The notes under the pieces were generated by a model. It searched no databases and had not been told where the DNA came from. It saw only the letters and a program-made list of their open reading frames with translations. A program made the position numbers and the translations under genes. Positions 1 to 9,788 of a DNA stretch of 63,998 nucleotides are shown piece by piece. The DNA is from a virus (taxonomy: Duplodnaviria > Caudoviricetes): the IMG/VR virus record IMGVR_UViG_3300035182_000918, positions 1 through 63,998 of that record; one strand, given 5' to 3'. Positions within the stretch are counted from its first letter, which is position 1. Every line of letters starts with the position of its first letter.

Positions 1-166
1 TAACGGTCATAATTAATAATACTGTATTAATAGTCAGTAGAAAAAATGGTATCATTGTTTTTTCTATAAACAGGCGTATTTGCTGTAATCTTACTAAATA
101 CTGTTGTAGTTCTTGAATACGCTTTTGTTCCTCTTGCTTCATTATTTCTTGTTTACTCATTCTCAT
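1..166 (-). CDS. Membrane protein, truncated by window start (homolog of 40230..40547)
   Basis: MRMSKQEIMKQEEQKRIQELQQYL start matches the copy-2 ORF. Confidence 0.7.
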   Translation of the reverse strand, partial: MRMSKQEIMKQEEQKRIQELQQYLVRLQQIRLFIEKTMIPFFLLTINTVLLIMTV

Positions 167-359
167 TATCGCCCCCTAAATCCGTTCCAAAACCATCGTA
201 TTTTTTAAGTTCTTTATTTGTCTTTAGATAATTAAGTGCAATGCCTATAGCTATTTCAGCCCTGTTTAGTTCCTCTATATCCTTGTCCTTGTAAGATGAA
301 ATAATATCATCAACTTCAGCCTTGACTTTGTCCTCTATTGTCATTAGCTTTTTTGCCAT
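153..359 (-). CDS. Hypothetical phage protein
   Basis: 68 aa, conserved in copy 2 (40504..40710). Confidence 0.75.
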   Translation of the reverse strand: MAKKLMTIEDKVKAEVDDIISSYKDKDIEELNRAEIAIGIALNYLKTNKELKKYDGFGTDLGGDNENE

Positions 360-615
360 ACTTTTCCTCCAATATTTTGGCTATATATTTTGATGCATTT
401 ATTTGATAAAGCCTTTCGCCCAGATATTTCACAGTAGACTTCGGATACTTAACAGCTAAATCTGCAGCTTCAAGTAGTATATCAACTACTTGTGCCTCTG
501 GTAATATTTCCCTAATATCTTCAATCAAGTCCTCTAAAAAGATGTAGTTCGGGTAATAATCCCTTTGTGCTATAACCGCTATAATCAGCTTTGTGTATCC
601 TTCTAACTCATACAT
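316..615 (-). CDS. Hypothetical protein, paralog of the N-terminus of 6595..7056
   Basis: Shared YPNYI..EDL.ED, KYPK and LY.IN..K.IAKIL motifs; conserved in copy 2. Confidence 0.75.
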   Translation of the reverse strand: MYELEGYTKLIIAVIAQRDYYPNYIFLEDLIEDIREILPEAQVVDILLEAADLAVKYPKSTVKYLGERLYQINASKYIAKILEEKYGKKANDNRGQSQG

Positions 616-616
616 A

Positions 617-2110
617 TTAATTAAACATCTCTACCGTTATTTCGTTATTATTAGTCATAGGTAAATAATTGTTTTTTATTATCCTAACCTTTACCCCATT
701 GTAATACCTGTGCAACAGTGCAACCCATCTTGAGTTATCAAATAGTGCTGCTGCACCCCTTAAGCCCTCTTTACTATCGTTGTCCTTTTTTCTTAAGTGG
801 TGTATCATTACGATATTGCTATTGGTTCTTTCAGTTAATCTCATTAATCTTTGGAATATAGCCTCTACAATCTCATTGTTGTTCTCATCGGAAAACAGCA
901 TACCAACTGGGTCTATAAAAACTAAATCGCTGTTAGTTAAATGCTCTTCAACTTTTTCAAAGAAATAATTGCCACGCCTTGTCCATTCACCATCTTTTAA
1001 CAGGTTGATATGGTTTATTCTTTCCACAACTATTTTCCCTGCTATTGCTTCGTAGTTACCGTCAAAATATGTGTCAATTAGGTGTTTAATCCTGTATAGT
1101 ATAATATAATAACTATCTTCAAGACTTATAAAAGTAGTCTTTAATCCCTCGTTAATAGCACCATAAATAGCACAATATAAACTAAACATAGACTTACCTT
1201 CACCACCTCTACTTGCTAATATACCTATAACACCCTTTGGTATATTTAAGAGTTCAGGTAATAATATTTGAGGCTCTGGTATTGGTTGAGTTAAAGCTTC
1301 TATATCAATTACATACTTTTGGGTTTCCACATTCTTATACAAGTAATCAGCGTTATCAAGTAATACCCAAAAGTCCTCTTCGGAAGACTCTTGAATAAAG
1401 TCAGCAATGTCATAACCTTTTTTAGGGTTACCTCTAAACCTTACAATTCTTATTGTATTCACTATAGGTTCAAGTGTTTTTTGAATAGCTTTTGTATTAC
1501 GATATCCAGTCTCATCATTGTCTTCAAATATAACTATATTTGCTTGTCTAAAGTATTCTTCTAAATATTCTTGATATTGAACCTCAAAACTGTTAAAACC
1601 AAGCACTATTGCGTTTGCATCAATAGCAAAAGGTTTTAATGCTTCAGCACATTTTTCACCTTCAGTCAACCAAATCTCGGTATCCATACTACGCTTTTGT
1701 GGCAACTGTTGCAAATTATACAATACTTGGGTTACGCCTTTTGGTTCTATTTTAAAGGTTTTCTTACCGTCCTTTTCATAGCGATATTTCTTATATAACT
1801 CATTACCATCTAAATCTTTGTAAACATACACCACAACATTATCCACATTGTTTAAATCAAGATTACTGTTCTTAAATTCACCCATTTCTTTAACCCCCAT
1901 TAATTGTAAAAATCGTTTATAATTTCCGTGAACACCACAACCGAAACAGTGGAATGCTCCAGTCTCTGGATTTATTCCCAAACTTGGGTTGTGGTCTTCG
2001 TGAAAAGGGCAGGTTGCAAGGTAGTTATTTCCTACTTTTTTTATATCCAAATACTTGTTATAAAGTTTAAGATAATCAGGTTTCACTAATGCTAAATTCA
2101 TTTTCTTCAC
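617..2110 (-). CDS. Primase-helicase (CHC2 zinc finger, TOPRIM, RecA-like/AAA_25 helicase)
   Basis: CPFHEDHNPSL and FHCFGC zinc finger; EGEK and EDND TOPRIM; SRGGEGKS Walker A, VFIDP Walker B, HHLRK and LRGA motifs. Confidence 0.9.
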   Translation of the reverse strand: MKKMNLALVKPDYLKLYNKYLDIKKVGNNYLATCPFHEDHNPSLGINPETGAFHCFGCGVHGNYKRFLQLMGVKEMGEFKNSNLDLNNVDNVVVYVYKDLDGNELYKKYRYEKDGKKTFKIEPKGVTQVLYNLQQLPQKRSMDTEIWLTEGEKCAEALKPFAIDANAIVLGFNSFEVQYQEYLEEYFRQANIVIFEDNDETGYRNTKAIQKTLEPIVNTIRIVRFRGNPKKGYDIADFIQESSEEDFWVLLDNADYLYKNVETQKYVIDIEALTQPIPEPQILLPELLNIPKGVIGILASRGGEGKSMFSLYCAIYGAINEGLKTTFISLEDSYYIILYRIKHLIDTYFDGNYEAIAGKIVVERINHINLLKDGEWTRRGNYFFEKVEEHLTNSDLVFIDPVGMLFSDENNNEIVEAIFQRLMRLTERTNSNIVMIHHLRKKDNDSKEGLRGAAALFDNSRWVALLHRYYNGVKVRIIKNNYLPMTNNNEITVEMFN

Positions 2111-2624
2111 CCTTTTTTAATATTGTATTCCAATAGTGTGATTTTGTCAAGTCCTTTCCGATTATATTGTGCCTTACACATTCTTCTACATCATTAAACG
2201 CTTTATCCCAATTTATTTTTTCATCTACATTATACCCGATACCCACAACCGTTCTAAACAAATTCCAATAACCTCTTGCAAATAAGTAGAAATCTCTACT
2301 AATAGGTCTTACTAAAATCTTGATTGATTGATCATACCTAACGGTTATATAACCAAGAAAATAATATTTAACCTTACTCTCAAAAAAGAAATCACCAAAT
2401 GTTTTAAAACTGTAATAACAGTTTAAAACAAAATCAGCACCTACTAAAGTAAAAGAAATAAACTCTTTAAATTTACGCGGATTAAACACATAACCAGAGA
2501 TAGGCAAAACCTGAAGATACGCTCTGTTTTGAACAAAGTCAGGATACTTAACTTGGGCTTTGTTAGCCTTTGTAAGCATCTTCCTTATTCGTATGTTATA
2601 TCCTTTTATACTGTTTTTTAACAT
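2076..2624 (-). CDS. Hypothetical protein
   Basis: 182 aa, conserved in copy 2 (42427..42975). Confidence 0.7.
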   Translation of the reverse strand: MLKNSIKGYNIRIRKMLTKANKAQVKYPDFVQNRAYLQVLPISGYVFNPRKFKEFISFTLVGADFVLNCYYSFKTFGDFFFESKVKYYFLGYITVRYDQSIKILVRPISRDFYLFARGYWNLFRTVVGIGYNVDEKINWDKAFNDVEECVRHNIIGKDLTKSHYWNTILKKGEENEFSISET

Positions 2625-2628
2625 CCCT

Positions 2629-3600
2629 CTACTTCTCCAGTTTAAATAGTTGCTCCTGTGCCTGCCTGCAAAACGGTGCAGCTTTGCAGTATAAAGCGCA
2701 ATTCATAACACCTTCCCTTTCCTCAATTGTATATTTTTTATCTGGATTATCCTTAACAAACATTTCAGCTTCTACTTTTGTATTAAACACCTTAATAGCA
2801 CTCTTGCGTTTTGGTTGTTTTATAGCATAGGTTGTTGGTCTTAACATCTTTTCATCATCAGAACAGATATCCAACTCATACAAATCCTGCGGTGCCAACT
2901 CTATTAGCTTTTTATACAAGTAAATACGCTCCGACAAATATTTCTCTACATCTTCCATAGGCATTACATTAACAGCCACGACTGTCACATTTTCTTTTGG
3001 GTAATCGCTTTGACTTGTTTTTGATTGTTGCCAACCATCCCAAAAGAATGTTATATCAGCCTTTACTATTTGGGTTAACCTTTCTTCTGTATTTGCTCCC
3101 AGATAGCGATAAACCGATAATTGCTTTTCATAATTTGCATAAGTTCCAAAGACATACTTATAAGTGTTTGCTGTCTTCCAATCCACAAGCTTTTCATCTG
3201 GAAAAGAAACAAGGTCAATAACGCCTTTTATTGTAATATCATCAATTGTTAATTTAACAGGATACTCAACCAAATAATCCTCTTCTTTTGTTATCTCTCT
3301 TAAAAATTCAGGCTTGATATCTACATAATCACCGTTTAAAACCGCCCTTAAGTAATCAGAATAAAATTCATTTTTAATCTTTGTTGTAGCATAAAGAAGT
3401 GCTATTTGATTGTGTAATGCTGTTCCCTTAAAAGCACGAAAAGTATCTCTTTTGTTCGTAGGTAAATCTACTTTCTTTTTCAAAGCTGCCGCTTTTAAAG
3501 AGCCTATAATATCAGTGACCCCCACAGTATGGGGGTCTTTATTTTGAGGGTGTAAATTACTTATTGACTCGTATAAATCATCTAAATACTTTGTCATCAC
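2629..3600 (-). CDS. PD-(D/E)XK Cas4-like recombination exonuclease
   Basis: GTALH, GVIDL...VDWKT, QLSVY and C-terminal CALYCKAAPFC cysteine cluster. Confidence 0.8.
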   Translation of the reverse strand: MMTKYLDDLYESISNLHPQNKDPHTVGVTDIIGSLKAAALKKKVDLPTNKRDTFRAFKGTALHNQIALLYATTKIKNEFYSDYLRAVLNGDYVDIKPEFLREITKEEDYLVEYPVKLTIDDITIKGVIDLVSFPDEKLVDWKTANTYKYVFGTYANYEKQLSVYRYLGANTEERLTQIVKADITFFWDGWQQSKTSQSDYPKENVTVVAVNVMPMEDVEKYLSERIYLYKKLIELAPQDLYELDICSDDEKMLRPTTYAIKQPKRKSAIKVFNTKVEAEMFVKDNPDKKYTIEEREGVMNCALYCKAAPFCRQAQEQLFKLEK

Positions 3601-4106
3601 AGTTCCTCCTCCTCTGGGTCAGGTTCCTCTTTTTTCCCTGTTACTATGCTTTGAATATCCTTTAGTTCCCATTTTTGACCTAACTGTAAGTCTGCTAAAA
3701 AATCATATCCCTTTTCTAAATTATCCAATAATTTTAACAATGCGTGATAGCTAAAAGCTGTTACCTTAAGCCCATCAATCATAAGTTGATAAGAGTTTTT
3801 TTCTTCGCTTTTTTCAATCACTTTCAGGGCTATGTCTTTTGCGTACGCCAACAACATAGTTTTATCTCTGTTATCACCACCATTGCCTCTTGAAAAACCG
3901 TTTTGCGGTGTAGTAGGTTGAGTATTTAACTTTGTTGCTTTTAAAACCTTCGGATATTGCCCTTCCTCAATCTCAACCTCGTATGTTCCACCTTGTTCAA
4001 ATACCAGTTTTTCATTCCAGCAGTAATATTTCCCGTTTACCATCGTATAACTTTTACCGCTTTTGGTTGTTTTTTTCTCAACCTTTGACACAGTTAATTG
4101 TTGCAT
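3597..4106 (-). CDS. Putative ssDNA-binding protein
   Basis: Beta-rich OB-like N-terminus (KTTKSGKSY), acidic tail (EEPDPEEEEL), next to the nuclease. Confidence 0.5.
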   Translation of the reverse strand: MQQLTVSKVEKKTTKSGKSYTMVNGKYYCWNEKLVFEQGGTYEVEIEEGQYPKVLKATKLNTQPTTPQNGFSRGNGGDNRDKTMLLAYAKDIALKVIEKSEEKNSYQLMIDGLKVTAFSYHALLKLLDNLEKGYDFLADLQLGQKWELKDIQSIVTGKKEEPDPEEEEL

Positions 4107-4127
4107 AAAGCACCTCCTAATTATATA

Positions 4128-4691
4128 TTATACCACTTCTTTTAAATTTGTCAAATCTTTTGTTTCACCCAACATTTGCAATTCTAAATAATATAACGCT
4201 AAAGCATCTATAGTATTCATTCCTTTACCAGTCCAGTTATTATGAGATATTCTTCTATGTAGTTTTTTAGGAATATATATTACGGTTTCTTTGTCTTGTA
4301 GGTGATGGGCTTCTGAACCTTTAAAGTGTCCGTTTAATGGTCTAAAACCTAATCGTCGTCTTTTGTAACGCATTCTAAGATAAACCATCTTCTTTCCTCC
4401 TTTCCATTTTGAATGTTCTTCACCATATTTGCCATACATTGGGTTGTTTTCACCTTTTTTGGCTCTGCTCATTCTTACTTTAAATTCTTCCGAATGATGC
4501 TTACCATACATTGGGTGATTTTCACCTTTACAAGCTTCACTTATACTTCTGCTTTTTATACCAAATTCTTTCATTCGTCTCCTAATGGTGCTATCGCTTG
4601 TTCCTAATTTTTTAGCAACTTTTCTTAAAGATAGTTTTTGATTAATATATAAATCTTCAATTTCTTTTTTGCTTACACTAAATCTTCTCAT
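4128..4691 (-). CDS. Homing-endonuclease-like protein (HTH, NUMOD3 repeats, HNH-like C-terminus); copy 1 only
   Basis: GENHPMYGKHHSEE and GENNPMYGK NUMOD3 motifs; EAHH...LHRRISHN. Confidence 0.7.
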   Translation of the reverse strand: MRRFSVSKKEIEDLYINQKLSLRKVAKKLGTSDSTIRRRMKEFGIKSRSISEACKGENHPMYGKHHSEEFKVRMSRAKKGENNPMYGKYGEEHSKWKGGKKMVYLRMRYKRRRLGFRPLNGHFKGSEAHHLQDKETVIYIPKKLHRRISHNNWTGKGMNTIDALALYYLELQMLGETKDLTNLKEVV

Positions 4692-5136
4692 AAAAACTTC
4701 CTCTTTTTAACACTTTGTCAGCTATCTTTTCTGCTAACTCTTTTAATAATTTAAAATCACAAAAAGCTTGGTATCCATCTTCAATAACCTCTCTTAATGT
4801 CCAATCCTTACCTTCCTCTATAAAACTTCCCAAAATGAAATAATCGCCTTCGTGCATATAATCCCAACCATACCAGTAAAAACCTTTTGGATAATATTTA
4901 TCATCACCTTCCTCACTAAAAGTTAAACCACCGTGACATCTTAAAGGCAACTCATAATCACTAAACCCCGCTAATGGGTGGTCTTCTGGTATACCCAAAT
5001 ACTGTGTGAAATGGCTACCCCTAACATTTAGTATCAACCTTTGAACACCGTCTTCGTTCCACTCCAAAACCTTGCAACTCTGTTCTCCAAAATCCCTTGC
5101 GTGCCTTTTACCAAGTTCATCAGACACTTGTAACAT
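4678..5136 (-). CDS. Conserved phage hypothetical protein
   Basis: YLGIPEDHP, CHGGLTF and GWDYMH motifs typical of a common phage family; conserved in copy 2. Confidence 0.7.
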   Translation of the reverse strand: MLQVSDELGKRHARDFGEQSCKVLEWNEDGVQRLILNVRGSHFTQYLGIPEDHPLAGFSDYELPLRCHGGLTFSEEGDDKYYPKGFYWYGWDYMHEGDYFILGSFIEEGKDWTLREVIEDGYQAFCDFKLLKELAEKIADKVLKRGSFYEKI

Positions 5137-5148
5137 AATTCACACCTC

Positions 5149-5628
5149 CTAATTTTCTAATATATCACTTTTTTTAGATTTGTCAAGTAAAAAATTCAAA
5201 GCATACAACCCTATACATACGGCATCGGCTGTATCAAAAGACCTCATAATTTGCCCTGTAAATTTTTCAGCGTAAGCCAATGATGCCTGCTTTCTTTCCC
5301 TTCTGGGTGCTTTTGCTCCTAACTCTAATATCTTCTGCCACTCTGAAGCCGACACTCTAATTATGCTACCCATTGGGTTGCAAACCCTGTAAAGCGTCGT
5401 TACTTCCGCTCGTAAAGCCACCAAATCCATTAGAACTTTTGCATTGTTGTAATAATACTGCAACTCAATTGCAAGATGTTTTGCGGGATTTTTAAGCAAA
5501 AACTGCCACATAGCATTAAAAGAGTAATCAAATGTGTTGCAATAGCGTAGTGTTTTGTCTTTCCACAAAGCAACACCTAAACGCTTGCCTGGATCTACAC
5601 TTATAAGGTCGTAAATTGTAATACTCAT
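5149..5628 (-). CDS. RuvC-like Holliday junction resolvase
   Basis: ISVDPG, AIE, SEWQK and DTADAVCIG catalytic pattern. Confidence 0.8.
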   Translation of the reverse strand: MSITIYDLISVDPGKRLGVALWKDKTLRYCNTFDYSFNAMWQFLLKNPAKHLAIELQYYYNNAKVLMDLVALRAEVTTLYRVCNPMGSIIRVSASEWQKILELGAKAPRRERKQASLAYAEKFTGQIMRSFDTADAVCIGLYALNFLLDKSKKSDILEN

Positions 5629-5792
5629 CTACCCTCCCCTTTTTTCTGATATTCTTCCAAGTGATGTTTGAATACCAATACCTTGCATTTCGGACACCTT
5701 ACTACAATACAGCCATCATCAAGCCTGTCTGTAACTTTCCAATCAAGCTTATTAGATGTTTCTCTACAAATAGGACACTTGTATTGTTTCAT
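5625..5792 (-). CDS. Small zinc-ribbon protein (start reassigned to MKQYKCP)
   Basis: CPIC...CPKC; duplicates the N-terminus of the adjacent 269-aa ORF. Confidence 0.65.
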   Translation of the reverse strand: MKQYKCPICRETSNKLDWKVTDRLDDGCIVVRCPKCKVLVFKHHLEEYQKKGEGR

Positions 5793-6598
5793 ATTAGTTC
5801 TACGCCTCCTTTTAACCATTCAATACTACCATTTCTCTCTTTAGCTTGACTTCTATCCATCACCTCCCACTTGTCATTTTGTTTTAAAAGATTTATTAAA
5901 GTGTCTACTGTTACCGATGCTTGCCAATGTTGTGTGAATATTCCTACACTATCACCTTCGGTAAATTTCACTTTCATTTCCCAATAAAGCACTGGATTAA
6001 ATCTATGATACCTATAAAAAAGTTCTAAATTGTGTTCCAACTCACTAAAATTTTTCTGTGATTTTAATTTCTTAACCGCATCTGATTCTTCCTCTACATA
6101 CAAAGTAACATTTGGGTCAAGATGATTTATAAACGGAAAGAATATTTTACTAAATCTTATATTTTGCAGTTCTGAATTAATTAACATAGGCTCATTACTA
6201 TAATCATTGATACAATAAAAAGCTATTTTATTATCTTCAATTATCACATCGTTAAAGTTATTATAAAACAACCAATCTCCTCTAAACTTTTTCCAACATT
6301 TTAATATTTCTATGGCTTCTTCATAAGATATTCCATAAAAATTCCTATCAAAATATTCTATCATACAAAAATTTTCGTTAAAAAATATTTGCTTCGGGTT
6401 ATAAATTATTTCTCTTTTTTCACAGGGTATATCTGTCTTTTCTATATTCCTTGAACCATCCTTAAATGTTTTTTTGAACATTAAAGATTTACATTTAGGA
6501 CACATTACCACAAGACCCTTTTTTTTAATTCTCTTTTTTGGTTTTAATTCGTCTTCATTTACCATCTCATTACACACAGGGCACTTATACTGTTTCAT
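5789..6598 (-). CDS. Zinc-ribbon-containing hypothetical protein
   Basis: CPVC...CPKC at N-terminus; conserved in copy 2. Confidence 0.7.
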   Translation of the reverse strand: MKQYKCPVCNEMVNEDELKPKKRIKKKGLVVMCPKCKSLMFKKTFKDGSRNIEKTDIPCEKREIIYNPKQIFFNENFCMIEYFDRNFYGISYEEAIEILKCWKKFRGDWLFYNNFNDVIIEDNKIAFYCINDYSNEPMLINSELQNIRFSKIFFPFINHLDPNVTLYVEEESDAVKKLKSQKNFSELEHNLELFYRYHRFNPVLYWEMKVKFTEGDSVGIFTQHWQASVTVDTLINLLKQNDKWEVMDRSQAKERNGSIEWLKGGVELI

Positions 6599-7056
6599 TT
6601 TGCCTCCTTTTTGTATTTCTTAAAACCATATTTCCAAGCATAATGCCATATAGTCTCTTTTATACAACCACATTCTTTGGCTATATCATTAGCACTCCTG
6701 TTCTTAATTAAATATTCCCGTTTTAACCACACGGGGTCTTTAAAGTTTTCATTTTTAAACATATTGTATTGTGTTAATACTCTGCAACTTCCTTCTTGTG
6801 GTGAATTTCCACTTATAAGTATTTTCGCTATGAGCTTCGGCAGATTAATATAATACAATGCAAAATGCCAATGGTTAAAATCCCTGATGACAGTCTTTGG
6901 ATATTTTTCCACTATCTCAAACAACACCATTCGGATACTTGAAATATCCGCTTTGACCAACTCTAAAGTATCCTCAACTAAATCTTCTGATGTTATGTAG
7001 TTAGGATACTTGTCTTCCTCAAGTAAAACTCTTTTTAAAAGCCCTAATGCACCCAT
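6595..7056 (-). CDS. Protein with C-terminal HTH
   Basis: WLKREYL..RSANDIAKECGC..ETIW HTH; GGAGGTG RBS and promoter upstream. Confidence 0.7.
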   Translation of the reverse strand: MGALGLLKRVLLEEDKYPNYITSEDLVEDTLELVKADISSIRMVLFEIVEKYPKTVIRDFNHWHFALYYINLPKLIAKILISGNSPQEGSCRVLTQYNMFKNENFKDPVWLKREYLIKNRSANDIAKECGCIKETIWHYAWKYGFKKYKKEAK

Positions 7057-7074
7057 TTCACACCTCCTTAAAAT

Positions 7075-7104
7075 ACAATATACACATTTTTTTCAAAAAG
7101 TCAA
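7075..7104 (-). promoter_or_regulatory. Sigma70-type promoter of the replication operon
   Basis: TTGACT (7104-7099) ... TGTGTATATTGT, same motif as the other early promoters. Confidence 0.7.
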
Positions 7105-7364
7105 GAAAAAAATTCACAAAAAATACAACCCAAAAATCACTATGAGACACCACTCTAAAAATCGCCTACAAGGCTATTTATTTTAGCGTGGTGAGTGTTT
7201 AGAGCCCTCTATAGTATAATTGCCCTATGAGATAAAAACACCCCCAAAATTAGCCCTTTATTTAGATTTGTTTTAGTTTTGTCTAAAAATGTTAGGTTAG
7301 TCTAACTTTTTTAGATTTATCTAACGGTATATAGAAAAATATATAGCGGTATGTTTCTCTTTTT

Positions 7365-7622
7365 CAAGCGGTGCTTTAGGCACCGCTGAAGATTTTAACA
7401 AAAAAAAAAACACATACCAGCCCAGCCGTTAGGCTGGGGAAGCCTGCAAGCTTTTAGCTTGCAGATATATAATAATAATTATTAATATCCGTTCCTCTGG
7501 AACGGATTTTGCTACGCGCGCACGCGCGCGATTATTATATATTATATTTATTATTATATACCTCTCTCTTTAGAGAGAGATATATTTCTTTCTTTTCTTT
7601 TGTTACTTTTCTTTTCTTTCTT
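7365..7622 (-). other. Hairpin-array element L (inverted homolog of 13020-13381)
   Basis: Purine tract, CTCTCTC-TAAA-GAGAGAG, AT tract, (CG)n, GTAGCAAAA and four further hairpins. Confidence 0.75.
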
Positions 7623-7750
7623 AAAAACAAGCCAACATAGTTGGTCTTAAAACTTCGGATAACTTTGTTATAGGTTAATAACTTGGTTACTTATTTTGTG
7701 TTGACTGCAAGTCCCACAGTAGTGTAAAGTAAAATCGTTTTTGTTTTACG

Positions 7751-7797
7751 CAAAATTATTTGTGTGCTATTTAGTATACACAAAATTATTTGTGTGC
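7751..7797. repeat. Operator-like 17-bp direct repeat
   Basis: CAAAATTATTTGTGTGC at 7751 and 7781; conserved at 49231 and 49261. Confidence 0.75.
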
Positions 7798-7821
7798 GGT
7801 ATTTTGAAGAATATCGTAAAC

Positions 7822-7843
7822 AAAAAAGAGGGCTTACGCCCCC
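7822..7843 (-). terminator. Intrinsic terminator
   Basis: GGGC-GTAA-GCCC followed by TCTTTTTT, directly after the 7844 stop. Confidence 0.7.
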
Positions 7844-8059
7844 TTATAGCATCTCATCGTTCTTATGGTTCTTGTAATATTCTATGATTGCAATCCTAAA
7901 GAGTTCCGATGCTTTGTAACCTTGTCTTTCAGCAAACCTAACCCATTTCTCATAGGCTTCCTCTGTGGTCTGAAAGCATACAATCTTTTTTGGTGTTTTC
8001 TTTGGTCTCCCCACGCCTTTTCTTTCGTATTTTTCTTTTATTACTTCAACCATATCCAT
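7844..8059 (-). CDS. Ribbon-helix-helix DNA-binding protein
   Basis: GRPKK hook, KIVCFQ strand, EEAYEKW...ASELFRIAI helices. Confidence 0.65.
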   Translation of the reverse strand: MDMVEVIKEKYERKGVGRPKKTPKKIVCFQTTEEAYEKWVRFAERQGYKASELFRIAIIEYYKNHKNDEML

Positions 8060-8060
8060 T

Positions 8061-8282
8061 TTATACCTCCCTTAATCTTAAAATATCTTCTAACTCTTTA
8101 ATTACAGAAGCCATTTCTTTTATTTTTTGACGACAGTCATATAAGTCTGCATCAATAGTTCTGCCACCATATAGATGCAAAAAATTATCAGCATAAATAG
8201 ATGCATCTTCTACTTTATATTCTATTTCTTCTCTTTGTTCTTTGAGTATTTTGATAATTGTTAACAATTTTTCTTTGTTCAT
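8061..8282 (-). CDS. Hypothetical protein
   Basis: RBS AAGGTG; conserved in copy 2. Confidence 0.7.
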   Translation of the reverse strand: MNKEKLLTIIKILKEQREEIEYKVEDASIYADNFLHLYGGRTIDADLYDCRQKIKEMASVIKELEDILRLREV

Positions 8283-8292
8283 ATTACACCTT

Positions 8293-8646
8293 CTAATATT
8301 TTAGATTTAACTCTAATTCTCTTAACATAATATCGTTTGTCTTTAGTGTATCCTGCATAATGCTAAACAATTCCTCAAGCCTATCAAAAGAATACTCTGT
8401 CATTTCATCTATGGCTCCTATTTTAAGAGTATTCAAAATCCTATTGCAAGTCTGAAGCCTCTCAATGTTTTCTTCTATATCCCTCTTTAAACTGTTTAAA
8501 ATTACCTCTGCCTCTTTGTAGCTTTGTTTCTTTTGCCTTTTTTGTATTTCTTCCCACATTTTTTTACCCGTTTCCGTTTCTGTCATTGTCTCAATCATTT
8601 TGTCAATTTGACTTTGTAACTTTGCTACGCTTACAACCTCGTTCAT
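8293..8646 (-). CDS. Coiled-coil hypothetical protein
   Basis: RBS AGGAGG; conserved in copy 2. Confidence 0.7.
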   Translation of the reverse strand: MNEVVSVAKLQSQIDKMIETMTETETGKKMWEEIQKRQKKQSYKEAEVILNSLKRDIEENIERLQTCNRILNTLKIGAIDEMTEYSFDRLEELFSIMQDTLKTNDIMLRELELNLKY

Positions 8647-8690
8647 AAAAAACCTCCTTTTTTTTAAAAATAGCCATAATTCAAGTAAAA

Positions 8691-8837
8691 TTATTTAAAC
8701 AACATTTCTATGGTTGTTATCCATAGTAAGATTGTTATTAAAGTAAAAATAATCCAAACCCATATTCCGTTTTTACTTGCGTAATCACTTTGCTCTTTGT
8801 TTGTCTTTGTAACTTTGTAATTCTTATAATCAATCAT
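8691..8837 (-). CDS. Small membrane protein, 48 aa (below ORF-track cutoff)
   Basis: GGAGG RBS; MIDYKNYK...WFGLFFTLITILLWITTIEMLFK; same-length ORF at 50173..50319. Confidence 0.65.
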   Translation of the reverse strand: MIDYKNYKVTKTNKEQSDYASKNGIWVWIIFTLITILLWITTIEMLFK

Positions 8838-8924
8838 CTTTTAACCTCCTATTGCTATTATTAATAGCATTAAGAAAAAAATTAGTAAAACAATTAACCC
8901 TAAAAAATCCCACATACTACCTCC

Positions 8925-9125
8925 TTAATCCAGTGATGCGATATCAACCACGACATACCAGCCGTGATTGACATCGTTTTTGTTTTCTGGTGTAACCTTC
9001 CAAGTGTCCCTGCCGTCCTGCAAATAGATATTTGGCATATATGGAGCAGCTTTATACTGCTCCTTATACCACGCTTCCGCATTTTTTGCTTTTTCATAAC
9101 TGTTGTAATAATACCTATACTCCAT
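8925..9125 (-). CDS. Early hypothetical protein
   Basis: GGAGG RBS; conserved at 50677..50877. Confidence 0.7.
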   Translation of the reverse strand: MEYRYYYNSYEKAKNAEAWYKEQYKAAPYMPNIYLQDGRDTWKVTPENKNDVNHGWYVVVDIASLD

Positions 9126-9378
9126 ATAACGCCTCCTTTAGTAATTCTTGTTTTTGTTCCTCTGTTAATATAACGGCTATTTTAATAGGTGATTGTGGAT
9201 ATTTTAAAGTCTTGCCAGTATAAAATAAATCGCCGTCAATTATTAACTTGTGGTATGTTGTTTTAAAGCCTTTAAGTGTGTCGGGTTGTAACTTTTCAAT
9301 CACATTTGCTACATCCCACAGTTCTTGATAATACTCTTTCATACTCTCATCAAAAGACTTAATACCTAAATCTAACAT
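9115..9378 (-). CDS. Early hypothetical protein
   Basis: GGAGGTG RBS; conserved in copy 2. Confidence 0.7.
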   Translation of the reverse strand: MLDLGIKSFDESMKEYYQELWDVANVIEKLQPDTLKGFKTTYHKLIIDGDLFYTGKTLKYPQSPIKIAVILTEEQKQELLKEALYGV

Positions 9379-9728
9379 AAAACACCTCCTATTTCTCTTT
9401 TATTTTCATATATATTACCAATTATTTTTATATCAGAATTTAAATATCCCAGTTCTTGTTGAAGTTCAACAAACCAGCACCCTAACCTATTAAATATTAC
9501 ACCAACCCCATCTGAAGTTTCTATTATATCGCTTTCATAAATTTCTTTTCCAAAACTGTCTTTTTTCCCAGTAAACTGCATAAGTTTAACTTGTTGGGGT
9601 GTTTTAAATTCCTCTTTTTCATCCCAAACCCAAATGCCAGTAATTTTATTATCGTTCCATTCAATTTTTTTAACCTTACACATTTTGTTTTTTACTAAAT
9701 CCCATACTCTAAATTTTAAATTATTCAT
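9372..9728 (-). CDS. YopX-family protein; copy 1 only
   Basis: LKFRVWD...LMQFTGKKD..GKEIYESDI...IIGNIYEN signature. Confidence 0.85.
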   Translation of the reverse strand: MNNLKFRVWDLVKNKMCKVKKIEWNDNKITGIWVWDEKEEFKTPQQVKLMQFTGKKDSFGKEIYESDIIETSDGVGVIFNRLGCWFVELQQELGYLNSDIKIIGNIYENKREIGGVLC

Positions 9729-9758
9729 TTAGACACCTCCTAAAGTTTTTTCTTAATA

Positions 9759-9788
9759 ATAATATACATACTTTTTAATAAAAGTCAA
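9759..9788 (-). promoter_or_regulatory. Early cassette promoter
   Basis: TTGACTTTTATTAAAAAGTATGTATATTAT. Confidence 0.75.

Noticed and set aside
2629-3600. Cas4-like gene as part of a CRISPR system
   Set aside because: No array or other cas genes; it sits in a recombination module, as is common in phages.
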